Assembly (NCBI GenBank): GCA_002104905.1
Contig: MCFE01000118.1
Location: 1 to 64,000, forward strand
Direction of reading: 5' to 3'
Length of the DNA stretch: 64,000 bases
From: Basidiobolus meristosporus CBS 931.73
Taxonomy: Eukaryota; Fungi; Basidiobolomycota
The position numbers and the translations under genes are program-made. The stretch's first letter is position 1. Every line of letters starts with the position of its first letter. Positions 61,301 to 64,000 of this stretch are shown here, piece after piece. Below the pieces are notes generated by a model. The model saw only the letters and a program-made list of their open reading frames with translations. It was not told where the DNA came from and did not search any database.

Positions 61301-64000
61301 TTGTGTGAGATTTGTGGGGGTAGGCCAGTTGCATATCTTTTGTGTCTTGGAGTCTCCAGGTGCACAACCAAAGGTGTTGCATTTTTGTCCAACAATGGAT
61401 ATCTCTGATACACCAAAGCTGCTTTTCTCACTACTGATGGTGAGTCCAGCTTATTCAATGGCTCCTAATATGGCATCATTGTCTGCAATATGGTCATAGA
61501 CAAACTTTCTTACTCCAGGAATAACTTTAGTGGTGTCCTGGAATTTTGATCCTTTGATGCCTATGTCATCCACAAAGACAGCAAGTTTCTCAGGTATTAA
61601 CTGATACAGCACATTTACCATGCATCTCTGGAACTGAGCCACAGAGTTTGTAGCCCCTTGACTGAGTCTTGTCATCCTTAACAGTCCAAATGGTGTCTGT
61701 AGTGCAAACATATCTCTTGATGTCTCATCAAGGGGGATCTGGTCATATCCTGAGTAGAGATCATATGTTGAGTAGATGGAGTGGCCACTAAAGCTTTCTG
61801 CAAAGTCATCAATAGATGGAGGTATAGCAGCATCTCTGATAGTGACAGCATTTGCAGGTTGCATGTCTTGAATGAATCGGAGCTTTCCATTCTTCTTTTT
61901 GGTCACAAACCATCTGTTAGCATAGGGTCCATGGCAAGGTTCTAGGATACCAGCTTCTATCTTCTTCTTAAGTAGGTCATGCACATCAGCTTGGAGTCCT
62001 CTGGGCAGTGGGTAAGGCTTAAATGACCAGGGTGTGTGGGGCACTGTATGAATCTTGATGGGTTTTTCAACCAATGTCTTTAAGAGTCCCATCTCCTTGT
62101 CATTATATGAGAAAACCTTATCATGCCTTTTCAAGGTCTCCTTGAATAATAGTATCTCCTCTGGTGTTAGGTTTCCATCACCAATGATAAGTTGCTTAAG
62201 TCTCTCAGGTGTAAGTTGTATATCATCTGGTGTTTCTTCTGGTGGTCTAATGTAATCAGCAGGTCAAGATCCATCAGTCAGTGGGGTAAGTCATGGTCTA
62301 GTCTTCTGTTCTACTGTCTTGTATTTTGTTTGAACCATGGCTGTTTGCTCCTGTATACCTAATGAGCAGCTCCAAGTGTTGGGGTGTATACTGTCAGGCT
62401 CTTCATCTTCTTCCATAACAAGATGTGCCTTCTGGCAAGCAGTATGTGTCCTCTTATTGTTGGGTGTTACACCACAGAAGGTTGACTGTAGTCCTGGATT
62501 GGATCCTTGTATGGTGTACCATACTGACCCATCGGAATAGTTGGTAGTTGTAGCCTTAGTACTGGTTTCCCATGGTCTACCTAGCAGAAGGTCAAAGTTT
62601 GCCTTCTGGCAGATGAAGAGGGGAAGCCAGACCTTGATTCCTTGTACCTCAATAGGAAACTTGTGTACTACACCATAGAGTGGACTAGATCCTGAGTTTG
62701 CATTGGTCATGTTCCATCCAATATCTCTATCAACAGGCAGTAGCTCCTTGCTTTTAAGTGTCTTCCAGAAGTCTAGCGGCATAACACAAATCTCTGAGCC
62801 ACTGTCAATATGGCAGTCAACAGGGTCATCATATATATACCCTTTCACCACAGCAGTTGCAACTGAGTAAAAGGTCTTATATTCAGTAGTGTTGTCATCC
62901 TTTTGGTGGTCTTCATGGTTTGTCTGAATTATATGAGTGTCCATATGTTCAACAGCTTGTTGTCTTATTCTAAGCTGCTCATCAAAGGTCTTCCTAACAG
63001 ATGGGGATACACTCATGATTTCTCCAACCGACAAAGTGAGGTTCTGCTTCAGCAGCTTCTAAGTAATCAGTTAAGGGCTTGAGTAGCTTGCTATCTTTGA
63101 GGTCATCTGAAAGTGAGGCAATGGATCTTGGGTGGGCAGCATACTAGGCCTCTTGTCAATAACAACTTCAGGTTCTTCAAATCATGGTCTTCTAAGGATG
63201 GGTTTGGCAGGTTCTTCAGGGAGGTGTCTTTTGGTAGCAAAGGCATCAACTTCATATTGTCTGTTGTCAGGGCTGCTTGGATTCACTTTATAAGTCCCAA
63301 TAGGGGCATCAACAGTCATCTTTCTGGTTGCTGAGTCAGATATCTGGAAAAGGGCTCTCATCCCTCCTCTTTGGAAATTAGTGGGAATCCTTCTTCCTTC
63401 CTTGTCAGCAAGCATTCCATCAGCATCAAACTGTACTGCTCCTTCTCTGAGTAGCTGACTAAGCTCTGAGCATTCTTGTCTGGCATGCTGAGTAGAGTCA
63501 CACCAGATGCAGTGCCTTGGCAAAGGTCTTTGTCCCTCAGTAGCAACCTCAGCTGAGCCATTAATCTTGAGGGCTAGCTTCTGTAGCTGCTCAGCAAGTT
63601 GGTCAATTCTGTTGGTAGTGTAGGTCTGATTGTCAGCAGCAGCACTCCTTGGCTCCTTGGTTGACTGGTCTGGCAGATTAGATGTCAGGAGTCTCATAAA
63701 GGTAGAAGTTTGCTTTGCCTCTAGGAGAACACGTTTCATCTCTGTAAAGCAAGGAATGCCAGACTCGTCATCCTTGGCTGCATGTAAGTCAACTTTCCTT
63801 GCCAAGTCCTGGGGAAGCCCTTGTGCAAGGTAAAGTGTCATGGTAAACTCAGTTATAGCCTGGGACTCTAGGAGTGGCTTTGCCATATCTTCATACTGTT
63901 GAATGAACTCTTCAAGTGGTAGCTTGGAAAGTCCAGTTCCTCCAAAGTGCCTGAGGTCTTCAATTCCATAGTATATCTGGGGTCTACCATACTTGGTCTG
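58380..64000 (-). mobile_element. Ty3/gypsy retrotransposon; 3' LTR about 58380-59115, 5' end beyond the window; a few stops and a MITE insertion
   Basis: Gag knuckle CIWCDSTQHARQEC, protease HIDSGSEICVM, RT YPLP...RFIQDMQPAN...FVDDIGIKG, RNase H LTVDASPIG, integrase HRGQ...CVAC/GIDLVHMP/AYHPQANG and a GPY motif. PPT GAGAGGGGGGTGGA abuts LTR start TGTAG at 59115. No chromodomain seen. Confidence 0.95.
59785..59995. mobile_element. 211-bp MITE of the same family as 56357-57089, inserted in the gypsy integrase
   Basis: 13-bp perfect TIR AGACTTGTTCCAT; TSD AAT (59782-59784, 59996-59998); internal TGGCAC repeats. Removing it restores KIHIAFTTAYHPQANG. Confidence 0.93.

Noticed and set aside
28000-64000. 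Classical RIP as the cause of transposon decay
   Set aside because: Compared sites mostly show CpG loss, and copy C's LTRs remain about 97% identical, which fits methyl-CpG decay better. A formal mutation spectrum was not computed.
1-64000. tRNA, rRNA or CRISPR features
   Set aside because: No cloverleaf, rRNA-like or repeat-spacer structure was recognised; GTTCGA hits lacked tRNA context.

Overview
Eukaryotic, intron-containing genomic DNA, most likely from an early-diverging fungus (inferred from 56-85 nt GT-AG introns and gene content). The window has two compartments. (1) About 1-27.8 kb is CpG-rich and holds eight genes: a small secreted CBM14/peritrophin-A chitin-binding protein, a GH47 alpha-1,2-mannosidase homolog with an intact spliced ORF but a degenerate active site, a MetR/CYS-3/Zip1-type bZIP factor, a secreted protein with a CBM19-like domain, an MCM1/SRF MADS-box factor, a Cys-rich type I membrane protein with a cytoplasmic SH3 domain, proteasome subunit beta-6 (PRE7/PSMB1) and a two-finger C2H2 factor. 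(2) About 27.8-64 kb is a CpG-depleted block of nested transposon remnants. It contains four to five Ty1/copia copies with a Ty5/copia-type half-tRNA primer site, inserted into each other and apparently into an older Ty3/gypsy element. It also has a solo LTR, CACTA/EnSpm Tnp2 transposase remnants in inverted orientation, and a nearly complete Ty3/gypsy element running off the right edge. A non-autonomous DNA transposon family (terminus AGACTTGTTCC, 3-bp ATT/AAT target duplication) occurs twice, and one member is a 733-bp near-perfect palindrome. Best leads: the GH47 candidate pseudoenzyme, the foldback/MITE family, the Avr4-like CBM14 protein, a nonsense codon shared by two copia copies, and the age-graded CpG decay. 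All calls come from manual reading; no database searches were run.
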